Positions 11,122-21,119 are shown, counted from the first letter of the stretch. The stretch is DNA of 64,000 nt from Thermoproteota archaeon (GCA_029887795.1 JARXPE010000003.1:28600-92599); one strand, 5' to 3'. Notes: a model not told the origin generated them from the letters alone. Program-made: numbers and translations.

Positions 11122-11634
11122 TTATGCTTGGCACTCATTGTAAAACTTCATCAAACCGATATACGCCTCTGAAGTTTTCCTTATCCTTTCCAAGTCTTTC
11201 TCCTCAACGGTTCTAACGATCTTCGCAGGCACGCCTATAGCCACACTTCCACTGGGGATCTCTTTGCCTTCTGGAACCAGTGCGCCAGCGCCCACTATGC
11301 ACCCCTCCCCGATCTTTGCCCCTGTTAGTATGACTGCCCCCATACCCACAAGAGTATTCCTTCCTACTTGGCAGCCATGCAGTATGCATCCGTGTCCCAC
11401 AGTACAACCATCATAGACTTTAGTCGGGAAACCCGGATCGGTATGAATTATTGATCCGTCTTGGATACTGACCCTTCTACCTATTGTTATCCTTTCAATA
11501 TCGCCTCTCAGGACTGCAAATGGCCAAATGTTGGTCTCCTCTCCGATCAAAACATCCCCTATAACAACCGCCATTTCATGAACAAAGGCGCTCGCATGTA
11601 TTACTGGTTCTTTGCCCTTCACCTTTTGGATCAA
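11122..11634 (-). CDS. Hexapeptide-repeat (left-handed beta-helix) protein, gamma-carbonic anhydrase/YrdA-like
   Basis: Repeated [LIV]G..xxxx hexapeptides with His ligands (IWPFAVLRGD...HGCILHGCQVG). Confidence 0.7.
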   Translation of the reverse strand: MIQKVKGKEPVIHASAFVHEMAVVIGDVLIGEETNIWPFAVLRGDIERITIGRRVSIQDGSIIHTDPGFPTKVYDGCTVGHGCILHGCQVGRNTLVGMGAVILTGAKIGEGCIVGAGALVPEGKEIPSGSVAIGVPAKIVRTVEEKDLERIRKTSEAYIGLMKFYNECQA

Positions 11635-11641
11635 TCTTCAA

Positions 11642-12151
11642 TCACCCAAGCTCAAATAGACTTACTTTGGACAAATCTGCATTTATAAAATATTTGAACT
11701 TAAAGGTCTCCTTCCATTCAGGTCTATCCATCACTCCTTGGAAGCAGACACCCACCACACTATCAAGTGTACTTACAACACTCAATTTTTGTTTTAAAGC
11801 ACTTGGGTTGATCTGTGATTTTGGCATTGCCAGCCCGCCCAACAACACAACGATCTGAAAATCTTTTTCAACGACGCACTCACCTGGAGAGTACCCGAGA
11901 CCTTTCCTGTCGACCAACTCAACGATTTTTTCCGTCTCACCATTTGGAGAGAAATAAGTTCTTATTGGCATATCTCTTATGCTGTAGGTCAAAAATTCAG
12001 CGAAAGGCAGGCAGGTGTAGGGTGTCCCTACAAAAAGTAGACTTCCACTTTTGTTTAATTTTACTATGGCACTCCTAAAGCATCTACTCAGGCCTACAAG
12101 ACCTTTTTCTACCATCGTCTCCGTCTCCAACGTTCCCCCTCCTTGTATCAT
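11642..12151 (-). CDS. Hypothetical protein
   Basis: 169-aa ORF; start uncertain (internal Met MVEKGL possible). Confidence 0.35.
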   Translation of the reverse strand: MIQGGGTLETETMVEKGLVGLSRCFRSAIVKLNKSGSLLFVGTPYTCLPFAEFLTYSIRDMPIRTYFSPNGETEKIVELVDRKGLGYSPGECVVEKDFQIVVLLGGLAMPKSQINPSALKQKLSVVSTLDSVVGVCFQGVMDRPEWKETFKFKYFINADLSKVSLFELG

Positions 12152-12307
12152 AATACTAGATTGCTTAGGTATTATTAGTTAAATCACTTATGATATTCAT
12201 TTCTACATCTCTACATACCATTATTTTTTGTTAACTTTTTTTACCAAAAATGCAAAGACAAATTCCTCTTACTAGTGGAAGTCTCAAGATTTTATTTTTA
12301 CCGCCTT

Positions 12308-12664
12308 CTATTCCACTCTTCTTTCAACAACTATTCTACAACGCGTTACCAAGGCGGCAATAACTCCCAGAGCTGCCAGCCATGGTGCGAGTATGGCCCC
12401 TACAATTCCTACTGTAGCAGGTATTTCTAGGAGCGTCTTTCCTCCCTCATCCTTAACAATTATCCTTGTGACGTTGCCCTCATGTATTAGCTCTTCTACT
12501 CTTTTTATCAGCTCGTTGGCCGCTATTGAGAACTCTTCGGTAATTCTTCTTTCCAGTTTAGTTCCGCAGGCTGGGCAATATTTTGCATCCTGGGCTACTG
12601 GGGTCCCACAATTTTGGCAGTACGGCATAACCCTCGCCTGATCAATAACTCTACAGCCTGACAC
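12308..12664 (-). CDS. Zinc-ribbon protein with C-terminal DUF4342-like hydrophobic domain
   Basis: CQNCG....CPACG zinc ribbon, followed by a ...RIIVKDEGGKTLLEIPATVGIVGAILAPWLAALGVIAAL segment. Confidence 0.5.
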   Translation of the reverse strand: MSGCRVIDQARVMPYCQNCGTPVAQDAKYCPACGTKLERRITEEFSIAANELIKRVEELIHEGNVTRIIVKDEGGKTLLEIPATVGIVGAILAPWLAALGVIAALVTRCRIVVERRVE

Positions 12665-12714
12665 TTAATCTTTACCAACCGAAAAAGACAATATCTTGGA
12701 GCATATAAAACAGA

Positions 12715-13359
12715 ATGGGGAACGAATTGACGAGACTGAAAACACTTCTAACAGAACTCTCACGATACGAAATTCCAAAGGGTCCGTCCCCTGCTTTTAC
12801 CCCCGTCCATATTGTTAAGGCACTCCTCTTATTGGAGAAAGGCAGTATGGGTCGCCAATCAATGTCAAAAATGCTTGGTCTTGGAGAAGGATCAGCCCGA
12901 ACGCTTGTTAAAAAACTCACAGAGCGTGCGCTGGTCTCCGTCGACCCCGTCGGGGGCTGCAATTTGACGAATGAAGGAAGGCTTATAGTAAATGAACTTC
13001 GCCAGACAATTTTATCCTCAAAAGAGTTTACTTTAGAAGATTTTGATATAAAACTCCCCTCTTTCGCAGTTCAGATCAGGGGTCCGTCCGCATTTACTAT
13101 TCCGATCACAAAGCTCAGGGATGTTGCAGTCAGGAACGGGGCAGAGGGCATGTTGGTGTTCACTGTCAAGGACTCGAAGATATCGCTTCCGATGATAGTG
13201 GACGACGTCTCAAAAGACTATCCCAAGCTTGTATCACTGATTAAAAACTCCTTCTTGCTGGAGGATGGAGATTTCATATTCATAGGGTTCGCAGAAGACA
13301 AAAATGCTGCGGAACTTGGAACGCTTGCGGCTGCTTTATTCTGCATCCTTGAATCTTGA
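12715..13359 (+). CDS. DUF4443-like archaeal protein (putative winged-helix regulator) linked to the ABC transporter
   Basis: 214 aa; N-terminal helical/wHTH-like region. Family assignment is from memory, not from a search. Confidence 0.4.
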   Translation: MGNELTRLKTLLTELSRYEIPKGPSPAFTPVHIVKALLLLEKGSMGRQSMSKMLGLGEGSARTLVKKLTERALVSVDPVGGCNLTNEGRLIVNELRQTILSSKEFTLEDFDIKLPSFAVQIRGPSAFTIPITKLRDVAVRNGAEGMLVFTVKDSKISLPMIVDDVSKDYPKLVSLIKNSFLLEDGDFIFIGFAEDKNAAELGTLAAALFCILES

Positions 13360-13444
13360 TTTTCTTCACTCAAATCCTCAAAGATTTTTGGCGAAAATTA
13401 TAAATTTATGACACATTAAGACATTTTTGAGGGAGGTTATTGTC

Positions 13445-14428
13445 ATGAAAAAAAGTATTATAGTACTATCAATTATCCTTATTGTAGCTTTTGGTACTGT
13501 GGCGGGACTGTACGGAACTGGGTTCCTCTCGCCCGCACCAAAAGTAAAGGTCCGTATAGGTTATCTTACAGGAGACTTACACCATCTGGCTCTTCATGTC
13601 GCAGTTGCGAGAAATTATTTTGCGCAGTACGGCCTTGAATATGAATTATATGAGTACATAAACGGACCAACCCTAATGCAGCATTTTGTGGTCGGGGAGC
13701 TTGATTTTGCATATGTTGGCACCCCTCCAGCATTGACGGCAAGGGCCAGCGGAATATCCTCCAATGCAACACACCTGCCCGTCGTAATAGGTTCTGGGAA
13801 TTTAGAGGGGTCTGCCTTGGTGGTGAACCCTGCCATTATTAAGAATGTAGGCGACCTAGAAAACAAAAAAATTGGGACGCCTGGCACAGGAACAATTCAA
13901 GACGTCCTAATCTCAACCTACGCAAAGAACAATAACCTAACAATCACAAAATATCCTGGGCGGATCTCCGATCTGCCGCTGCAGTATGGAAGGGGCGAGA
14001 TCGACGGATTTATTGGTTGGGAGCCCTACCCCTCGATTGCCGCTTATCAATACAACGCATCAATACTGCTCACCTCCCATGAAATCATGCCAAATCACCA
14101 ATGCTGTGTTCTTGTGGTCTCTGACAAGTTCCTCGCAGCACATCCCGAAATAGTGGATAAAATGGTCGCAATACACAAGGCTTCAATTGACTTTATCAAC
14201 ACCAACCCTGCCGAGGCTAAACAGCTCGCGATGAACATCACCAAACTACCAATGCCCGTGATAGAGCTTGCATTCTCACACATGTCCTTCTCAAAATCAG
14301 TAAACGTTGAGAGCATTAGAGCCTTCCTAGTCGACATGATAAGGCTCGGCATAATCAAAAATATAGATGTAAATCAGGTGGATAACTTCATAAACGGCTT
14401 TATAAATACCAAATACGTTGCTGGTTAA
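13445..14428 (+). CDS. ABC transporter substrate-binding protein, NitT/TauT (SsuA/NMT1-like) family
   Basis: Signal/anchor helix followed by an SsuA-like periplasmic-binding fold. ATG at 13445 sits behind a GAGGGAGG ribosome-binding site. Confidence 0.8.
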   Translation: MKKSIIVLSIILIVAFGTVAGLYGTGFLSPAPKVKVRIGYLTGDLHHLALHVAVARNYFAQYGLEYELYEYINGPTLMQHFVVGELDFAYVGTPPALTARASGISSNATHLPVVIGSGNLEGSALVVNPAIIKNVGDLENKKIGTPGTGTIQDVLISTYAKNNNLTITKYPGRISDLPLQYGRGEIDGFIGWEPYPSIAAYQYNASILLTSHEIMPNHQCCVLVVSDKFLAAHPEIVDKMVAIHKASIDFINTNPAEAKQLAMNITKLPMPVIELAFSHMSFSKSVNVESIRAFLVDMIRLGIIKNIDVNQVDNFINGFINTKYVAG

Positions 14429-14439
14429 ATGTGATCCCA

Positions 14440-15225
14440 ATGAAAAAACAATATCGGCGCCTGCGGTCTTTGCTCTATGCATTATCATCAGTTATCATAT
14501 TCTTTATTTTTTGGGAACTGATAGCCCTCTATTCTCCGTCTCCCTATCTTCCAGATCCTTACTCGGTTCTGAGGGCTTTCATCACAATCCTGACAGTTGG
14601 AGATGTTGACGGCTATACACTTACTTGGCATGCAGTTGTGAGTCTTGAGCGTGTCTTGCTAGGATTCGCTGTTGGCACTGCAACAGGCATTCCTATTGGA
14701 ATGCTACTGGGGATAAAACCCACACTAAAGGGCGCAGTAACGCCCATCATCGAGCCGCTCCGATTCATTCCACCAATAGCGTGGATCCCGCTTTCGATCG
14801 TTCTACTCATAGGCTTGTGGAGATATATCTTTTTAATATGGATCGGGGTTTTCTTTCCCGTACTATTGGATACCATAGCCGGTGTAAAAAGAACCTCAAT
14901 AACACTGATACAGATGGCGAGGACATTTGGAGCGGACAATAAAAAAATCATCACAAAGATCGTATTTCCGAGCTCCCTTCCTGAGATCATGAACGGGCTT
15001 AGGGTGGGTCTTGGGGTCGGCTGGATGTGCATAGTGGCTGCTGAGATGATAGGCGGCGAGCCTGTTGGTCTCGGAAGGCTGATCCTAAAATATGCAAACC
15101 TGCTCCAAATTGATGTGGTAATAGTGGGCATGATAACAATTGGTCTGATAGGTCTCGCGCTGAATTATCTCATTCTACTATTAGAGAAGAGGATGTTTAG
15201 GTGGAGGGTTGAGATTAGGGCGTAG
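14440..15225 (+). CDS. ABC transporter permease, NitT/TauT (SsuC-like) family
   Basis: Six transmembrane segments and an EAA-like loop; immediately follows the binding protein. Confidence 0.8.
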   Translation: MKKQYRRLRSLLYALSSVIIFFIFWELIALYSPSPYLPDPYSVLRAFITILTVGDVDGYTLTWHAVVSLERVLLGFAVGTATGIPIGMLLGIKPTLKGAVTPIIEPLRFIPPIAWIPLSIVLLIGLWRYIFLIWIGVFFPVLLDTIAGVKRTSITLIQMARTFGADNKKIITKIVFPSSLPEIMNGLRVGLGVGWMCIVAAEMIGGEPVGLGRLILKYANLLQIDVVIVGMITIGLIGLALNYLILLLEKRMFRWRVEIRA

Positions 15226-15996
15226 GTGTGCACATTGAAAAAAGCGATCTTGCTCGAATCGGTATCAAAAAAATACGAGGTCGGCTCCAGTTCCCTAGAA
15301 GTTATTAAAGACCTCACATTTGACGTAAACGAAAATGAATTTGTCTGCATCGTCGGACCATCGGGCTGTGGTAAGACCACGCTGCTCAGAATCGTCTCGG
15401 GGCTTGAACCTCCCTCTTCTGGCAGGGTTCTCGTTTTTGACACCCCTCCAGACCCCAGAAGGCAGAAGTTCGGTGTGATCTTCCAAGAAGACTCTTTGCT
15501 TCCATGGAGGACTGTTCTTGGGAACGTCAAATTTGGGCTAGAGCTTCAGGGCTATAAAGAGACTGAACATGAAAAGATCGCCAGAACTTATATCGAGTTG
15601 GTGGGTCTGCAGGGGTTTGAAAACTACTACCCGCACCAAATATCGGGTGGTATGAAGAAGAGGGTTGCAATAGCTAGGGCTCTAGCTATAAACCCTGATC
15701 TCATACTTATGGATGAGCCCTTTGCGGATCTAGATGCACAGACGAGGTCTCTCATGCAAAGGGAGCTACTGAATGTATGGTCAAAACTAAATAAGACTGT
15801 CCTGTTTATAACTCACAATGTCGAGGAAGCGGTCTTTCTTGCTCAAAGAGTCTTTGTTCTGACCAAGCGCCCCTCGAAGGTTAAGCAAATAATCAACATC
15901 GATCTTCCCTATCCAAGAGCTAGGCTTAGCCCTCCCTTCATATCATACCGTGAGCGCATATTGACCGCCTTCCATGAGGAATTGGAGGGTATCTGA
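15226..15996 (+). CDS. ABC transporter ATP-binding protein, NitT/TauT (SsuB-like) family
   Basis: Walker [10 protein letters not shown], signature LSGGMKKRVAIARAL, Walker B LILMDEPF; GTG start abuts the permease stop. Confidence 0.85.
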   Translation: MCTLKKAILLESVSKKYEVGSSSLEVIKDLTFDVNENEFVCIVGPSGCGKTTLLRIVSGLEPPSSGRVLVFDTPPDPRRQKFGVIFQEDSLLPWRTVLGNVKFGLELQGYKETEHEKIARTYIELVGLQGFENYYPHQISGGMKKRVAIARALAINPDLILMDEPFADLDAQTRSLMQRELLNVWSKLNKTVLFITHNVEEAVFLAQRVFVLTKRPSKVKQIINIDLPYPRARLSPPFISYRERILTAFHEELEGI

Positions 15997-15997
15997 A

Positions 15998-16546
15998 ATG
16001 GAAAAAGATAAAGATCTAACTATTCGTGACGAGCTGATAAATGCTGCTTTGACTTCCAACGAAGCGTTCTCGTCAACCCTTAAATCTATAATGCGGCGTA
16101 TGGATATCACTGCTAAGGATCTGAGTGAAGGCTCTGGCGTCCCCCTCAGCACCATAAATAAGATACTTTCTGAATGCAGAGACCTCCGCCTATCAACACT
16201 CAGAGATATTCTGAGATATCTCCATTCTCTTGAAACACCTCCTGCAGACATTATTATAGGAGTAATCGCTGCAAGGCCGTCTCTCGACGCGATTTCCAAG
16301 CATCAGCTATTGGCAAAAGGTAAACGCGTGATAATAAAAGAATACCCTGCCTTAACAATAGAAGATGCCATCATAAGCGCGATTAAGGCAGAGCGAGAGC
16401 ATGTGAACGGTCTAGTCTGCGCCTCTATAGTAGCCAGTATAATAGAAAAGTTTGTGCGAATCCCAATCGCCACAATAAAGGTCGAGGAATCAAACATTTT
16501 AGACTCCGTACACCTACTTGTGGAAAAAATAACCTCTACAAGCTAG
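15998..16546 (+). CDS. XRE-family helix-turn-helix transcriptional regulator with an uncharacterised C-terminal domain
   Basis: HTH segment ITAKDLSEGSGVPLSTINKILSECRDLRLSTLRDILRYL. ATG at 15998 behind GGAGGG; the track's ATG at 15974 lies inside the ABC ATPase gene. Confidence 0.55.
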   Translation: MEKDKDLTIRDELINAALTSNEAFSSTLKSIMRRMDITAKDLSEGSGVPLSTINKILSECRDLRLSTLRDILRYLHSLETPPADIIIGVIAARPSLDAISKHQLLAKGKRVIIKEYPALTIEDAIISAIKAEREHVNGLVCASIVASIIEKFVRIPIATIKVEESNILDSVHLLVEKITSTS

Positions 16547-16589
16547 TCTCTAGTCTATAAATCTTTTTTATTAATTATTAATAAAAAAT

Positions 16590-16660
16590 AAAAATATAAA
16601 GTCTCAAAATTACTTTAATATAATTTATTTTAATTTCAGGATTGAGGGCAAGATTTTTAA
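16590..16660 (+). promoter_or_regulatory. Candidate archaeal BRE/TATA promoter of the mcrBGA operon
   Basis: Very AT-rich 160-bp spacer with TATA-like boxes (aaaaatataaag, ctttaatataattta) 50-110 nt upstream of the mcrB ATG. GAGAGG ribosome-binding site at 16695-16700. Confidence 0.3.
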
Positions 16661-16707
16661 CCTCCAGTTATCTATTCTCACGTAAGAAATCTACAGAGAG
16701 GAGTTTT

Positions 16708-18042
16708 ATGCCAAAATATCCGGACAAAGTGAACTTGTACGACGACCGCGGAAAACTTTTTGAGACAAACGTTCCAGTTGAGGCTCTGAGCCCACTGAAA
16801 AACACTGCTATACAAAAAATCATCGCTTACGTAAAGCAATGCGTTGCGGTTAACTTGGAAGGTGTGGAAAAGGCGCTAGCTACAGGAGAAGTCGGCGGAA
16901 AATGGTGCATCATTAGAGGTAGATCTTTGAAACTCGATCTGGTAAAGAACGCAGGCAGCGTGGCGGACTCTTTGAAGAAGTGCTTGCAAGTAGATCCCGA
17001 TGACGACACAGAAGTAAAGGTTCTAAAGGGTGGAAAGCACCTCCTCGTAAAGGTTCCAGCAAAGAGGTTAAACGCTGGAGTTGAGTACACTACCGGAGCA
17101 ACAGCAGTGGCTGCTGCCCTCTGCTGCACAATAATTGAGAACTTTAATGTGAACATATGGGATGCAGACCTAGTACACGCTGCCGTCTGGGGAAGGTATC
17201 CGCAGACCATGGAGATGCTGGGTGGAAATGTGTCTTCACTATTGGCAGTGCCACAACAAAATGAGGGTATGGGCTACGCCCTTAGGAACATACCATGTGC
17301 ACACATCGCTCTCATCGCAAAGAAGAACGCTATGAATGCTGCCGCCCTCTCATCGATCTTGGAACAGACTGCGATGTTCGAGATGGGTGATGCCATTGGT
17401 AGCTTCGAGAGGTTCCACCTCTTGGGTCTAGCCTACCAGGGATTGAATGCTGACAACATAGTCTACGACCTTGTGAAAGAGAATGCAAAAACTGGAACAC
17501 TCGGAGATGTTGTCATTTCAACAGTGAAGAGAGCCCTATCGGATGGTGTCATCAAACCCTTAAAGAAGACACCGTCTGGATACACGCTCTACACCACAAG
17601 CGATCTCAATAAGTGGAATGCCTATGCTGCTGCAGGTCTATTGGCTGGAACAATGATCACTTGCGGTGCTGCCAGATCTATGCAACACGCTCCATCAGTC
17701 TTCATATACTTTAACGACCTTTTGGAGAGGGAGACTGGACTTCCAGGTGTGGACTTTGGTAGAGTCACAGGTACAGGCGTGGAAATGTCATTCTTCAGTC
17801 ACTCAATCTATGGTGGAGGAAATCCTGCCGTATTCCACGGAAACCACATAGTGACTCGACACAGCAAGGGCTTCACCATTCCATGCGTTGCTGCTGCCGT
17901 GGCGCTTGATGCTGGAACCACCATATACACCCCAGAGAGGATCAGCGGCGTAGTTGGTGAGGTCCTGAGCGAGGTACCTGAGCTTAGAGAATCTTTACGC
18001 TATGTGAATGAGGCCGCGGTCTCAATAAAAGGAGGAGTCTAA
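16708..18042 (+). CDS. mcrB: Methyl-coenzyme M reductase beta subunit
   Basis: [15 protein letters not shown]..., ...ALRNI..., [49 protein letters not shown] are hallmark McrB blocks. Start at the ATG at 16708 behind a ribosome-binding site; the track start at 16642 is an over-extension. Confidence 0.95.
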   Translation: MPKYPDKVNLYDDRGKLFETNVPVEALSPLKNTAIQKIIAYVKQCVAVNLEGVEKALATGEVGGKWCIIRGRSLKLDLVKNAGSVADSLKKCLQVDPDDDTEVKVLKGGKHLLVKVPAKRLNAGVEYTTGATAVAAALCCTIIENFNVNIWDADLVHAAVWGRYPQTMEMLGGNVSSLLAVPQQNEGMGYALRNIPCAHIALIAKKNAMNAAALSSILEQTAMFEMGDAIGSFERFHLLGLAYQGLNADNIVYDLVKENAKTGTLGDVVISTVKRALSDGVIKPLKKTPSGYTLYTTSDLNKWNAYAAAGLLAGTMITCGAARSMQHAPSVFIYFNDLLERETGLPGVDFGRVTGTGVEMSFFSHSIYGGGNPAVFHGNHIVTRHSKGFTIPCVAAAVALDAGTTIYTPERISGVVGEVLSEVPELRESLRYVNEAAVSIKGGV

Positions 18043-18044
18043 AA

Positions 18045-18821
18045 ATGGTAGAATATAAGCCCCAATATTACCCTGGAGGATCAAATGTAGCCGCCAATAG
18101 GCGGAAATACATCGATCCCAACTACAAGCTAAGAAAGCTAAGAACAATAAGCGACGATGACTTAGTTCGATTAATGGGTCATAGGGTCCCAGGCGAGGCT
18201 TACAAGAGCGTCCACCCGCCACTGGAAGAACTTGGCGAGCCTACATGCCCAATCAGGGAGATTGTAGAACCTACGCCCGGGGCAAAAGCCGGTGACAGGA
18301 TTCGTTACATACAATTCACAGACTCTGTATACTTTGCCCCATTGACTCCCTACATGAGAGCTTGGATGGGTCATATGCGATACCGTGGAGTGGACATTGG
18401 TGTTCTATCGGGGCGTGTCCCTCTTGAGGCCAGAGAGCGAGATCTTGAGAAGGTTGCTAAGGAACTCGTTGAGACCGAGATCTTCGATCCGGCGAGGGTC
18501 GGGATCAGGGGTGCCACAGTTCACGGTCATGCTTTGAGGCTCGACGAGAACGGTCTCATGTTCGATGCCCTGCGCAGGTTCCAGTATGATAAGAACAAGG
18601 GCGAGGTCGTCTATGTTAAGGACCAGGTTGGAGTTCCGCTCGACAGACCGATATACGTAGGAAAACCCACCCCTGAAGAGGAGCTGAGAAAAATAACCAG
18701 CCAGTTCAGAGTTGACGGAGAAGCCTTCAGGAATGACAAGGAACTGATTGAGTTCGTTCAGAGGATTCACATGCTCCGAACGGAAGCAGGTTTCGATCCT
18801 AACAAGGTGAAAGATCTATAG
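18045..18821 (+). CDS. mcrG: Methyl-coenzyme M reductase gamma subunit
   Basis: [55 protein letters not shown] are McrG blocks; starts 2 nt after the mcrB stop. Confidence 0.95.
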   Translation: MVEYKPQYYPGGSNVAANRRKYIDPNYKLRKLRTISDDDLVRLMGHRVPGEAYKSVHPPLEELGEPTCPIREIVEPTPGAKAGDRIRYIQFTDSVYFAPLTPYMRAWMGHMRYRGVDIGVLSGRVPLEARERDLEKVAKELVETEIFDPARVGIRGATVHGHALRLDENGLMFDALRRFQYDKNKGEVVYVKDQVGVPLDRPIYVGKPTPEEELRKITSQFRVDGEAFRNDKELIEFVQRIHMLRTEAGFDPNKVKDL

Positions 18822-18832
18822 GAGGAATTGTA

Positions 18833-20503
18833 ATGAGCGAAGAGAAGAAGATGTTCCTAGAAGCGCTCAGGAGAAAGTTCAAGGAGTCTCCTGAAGAGAA
18901 ACAAACAAAATTCTACATATATGACGGATGGAAGCAGTCAAAGAGAAAGAGGGAGTTCGTAGAAGCTGCTCAGAAAATAGCCAAAGAGAGGACCGTCCCC
19001 TTCTACAACCCTGACCTCCACCTCGGCGGCATCCCATTAGGGCAGAGAGTCTTGATGCCTTACCGTCTATCGGGTACAGACATCTATTGCGAGGGTGATG
19101 ACCTTCACTTCATAAACAACGCCGCCATGCAGCAGATGTGGCATGACATAAGGCGGACTGTGATCGTCGGACTCGATGCTGCGCACACGGTCCTACAGAA
19201 GAGGCTCGGCAAAGAGGTCACCCCTGAAACCGTGAACCACTATCTAGAGGTACTTAATCACGCGCTGCCTGGTGCGGCTGTAGTTCAGGAGCACATGGTC
19301 GAGACACACCCTGGATTGGTCTCTGACAGCTATGTCAAGGTATTCACAGGAGACGACGAGCTCGCGGACGAGATCGACGATAGATTTCTTATCGACATAA
19401 ACAAGGAGTTCCCTGCAGAGCACGCGGCACAGCTAAAGGCTGCCATCGGAAAACGCATTTACCAGGTATGCCGCATGCCAACACTCGTGGCGATGACCTG
19501 CGACGGAGGTACAATGTCAAGATGGGCGGCTATGCAGATCTCAATGTCAATGATAAATGCATACAAACTTATGGCTGGAGAGGCTGCGGTGGGAGAATTC
19601 GCCTTCGCAGCAAAGCACGCAGAAGTCATAGAGATGGGCACTCTTATGCCTTGGAGGCGAGCAAGAGGTCCCAACGAGCCCGGAGGAATTCCATTGGGCT
19701 ATATGGCGGATATCTGCCAGGCCTCGAGGGTCAAGCCCGAGGATCCAGTCTGGGTCGCCTTGGAAGCCATTTCCATGGCAGCTGTCCTATACGACCAGTT
19801 CTGGTTCGGAAGCTACATGTCTGGTGGCGTCGGGTTCACGCAATATGCAACTTGCACCTACACTGACAACATCCTTGATGACTTCTGCTATTATGGCGCC
19901 GAGTACGTTAAAAAGAAGTACGGCGGTTTCGCAAAAGTCAAGCCGAGCTGGGATGTGATAAACGATGTTGCCACGGAGGTCACATTATACGGTCTGGAGC
20001 AATATGAAAGGTACCCTGCGCTGATGGAGACTCACTTCGGAGGATCCCAGAGGGCTGCCGTAGTAGCAGCTGGTGCTGGCGTCTCCGTGTCACTGGTGAC
20101 CGGTCATTCCACTGCAGGAATCAACGGTTGGTACCTCAGCCAGCTACTCCACAAGGAAGAGATGGGTCGACTTGGCTTCTACGGCTACGACTGCCAGGAC
20201 CAATGCGGATCAGCCAACAGCTTCTCATGGAGGAGCGACGAAGGTCTACCCTTCAACCTGAGGGGAGTGAACTACCCCAACTATGCTCTCAATGTCGGAC
20301 ACCAGTCAGCATACTGCGGTATAGTCTCCGCCGCTCACGGTGGGAGAGGCGACGCTTGGACAACAAACCCGTTGATAAAAGTTGCCTTTGCAGATAAGGA
20401 TCTGAAATTTGACTTCACGCACCCGAGGCTATGCTTCGGAAAAGGCGCTCTCAGGGAGTTCATGCCAGCTGGCGAGCGCGATCTAATAATCCCAAGCCAC
20501 TAA
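18833..20503 (+). CDS. mcrA: Methyl-coenzyme M reductase alpha subunit
   Basis: [73 protein letters not shown] are McrA blocks. GGAGG ribosome-binding site precedes the ATG. Confidence 0.95.
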   Translation: MSEEKKMFLEALRRKFKESPEEKQTKFYIYDGWKQSKRKREFVEAAQKIAKERTVPFYNPDLHLGGIPLGQRVLMPYRLSGTDIYCEGDDLHFINNAAMQQMWHDIRRTVIVGLDAAHTVLQKRLGKEVTPETVNHYLEVLNHALPGAAVVQEHMVETHPGLVSDSYVKVFTGDDELADEIDDRFLIDINKEFPAEHAAQLKAAIGKRIYQVCRMPTLVAMTCDGGTMSRWAAMQISMSMINAYKLMAGEAAVGEFAFAAKHAEVIEMGTLMPWRRARGPNEPGGIPLGYMADICQASRVKPEDPVWVALEAISMAAVLYDQFWFGSYMSGGVGFTQYATCTYTDNILDDFCYYGAEYVKKKYGGFAKVKPSWDVINDVATEVTLYGLEQYERYPALMETHFGGSQRAAVVAAGAGVSVSLVTGHSTAGINGWYLSQLLHKEEMGRLGFYGYDCQDQCGSANSFSWRSDEGLPFNLRGVNYPNYALNVGHQSAYCGIVSAAHGGRGDAWTTNPLIKVAFADKDLKFDFTHPRLCFGKGALREFMPAGERDLIIPSH

Positions 20504-20531
20504 ACCCCCTCTTTTTTATTGTGTTTTTAAA

Positions 20532-21119
20532 ATGACCGGATATTCATCGCTTAAGAGAATTTTTGAAATTATTGTCGACCTATCCAATTTAACGCCAGAG
20601 CTTGCCAAAGAAAAGTACTCTGAATTTCCATCACTTGCGAGTCATATTGCAATTTTATTTTCAAGAGACTATTTACACGATGTATTATCAAGGTTGGAAC
20701 TTCAACTGAGAATTGTGGAGAGCTATGATCCGCCCATCAGACCTGCGCTGGATCCTTACTCTTCTACACAACTTGGCATCTTCAGCAAGAACTTCTCTGA
20801 CTGGGAAATTGGACGCCTACTCAATTATCCAGCGTGCTGCATCGATTCGTTTTCCGAAGAACTCCGTTATGGATTAGACTCGAAACATTTAGAGGAACTG
20901 AACACTATAAAAGAAGAGGTTGTATTCGTCACAACTGCGGGATTTGTGCCCCACAGCATATTTTGTAAAGAAGCGTCAGAGAGCGCACTTATTGGCCTCC
21001 TGAAGTTAGACGCGTTGAAAGTATTAAATGATCTGGAGAAGGAGCTTGCACGCAGGCTCCCTCATGCTCACCCGGAATACCAAAAACACTATTATGACAT
21101 GCTAATCCCAGATGTCTAA
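20532..21119 (+). CDS. Conserved archaeal protein with a YPACCIDSF Cys-pair motif (DUF483-like, tentative); probable fourth gene of the mcr operon
   Basis: 195 aa, same strand, 28 nt after the mcrA stop. Family name is from memory only. Confidence 0.45.
   Translation: MTGYSSLKRIFEIIVDLSNLTPELAKEKYSEFPSLASHIAILFSRDYLHDVLSRLELQLRIVESYDPPIRPALDPYSSTQLGIFSKNFSDWEIGRLLNYPACCIDSFSEELRYGLDSKHLEELNTIKEEVVFVTTAGFVPHSIFCKEASESALIGLLKLDALKVLNDLEKELARRLPHAHPEYQKHYYDMLIPDV

Noticed and set aside
14613-15131. 172-aa minus ORF inside the ABC permease gene
   Set aside because: Antisense to a gene with clear transmembrane periodicity; a GC3-driven shadow ORF.
15974-15997. Upstream ATG start for the XRE regulator, as in the ORF track
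   Set aside because: It lies within the ABC ATPase coding sequence; the ATG at 15998 has a GGAGGG ribosome-binding site.
16642-16707. 66-nt N-terminal extension of mcrB in the ORF track (MRARFLTSSYLFSRKKSTERSF)
   Set aside because: McrB homologues start at MPKYPDKV..., and a ribosome-binding site precedes the ATG at 16708.
16708-20503. Possibility that the MCR is a divergent alkyl-CoM reductase (ACR)
   Set aside because: McrA, McrB and McrG conserve long canonical blocks and all modification sites; ACRs are far more divergent. This still needs a phylogeny.
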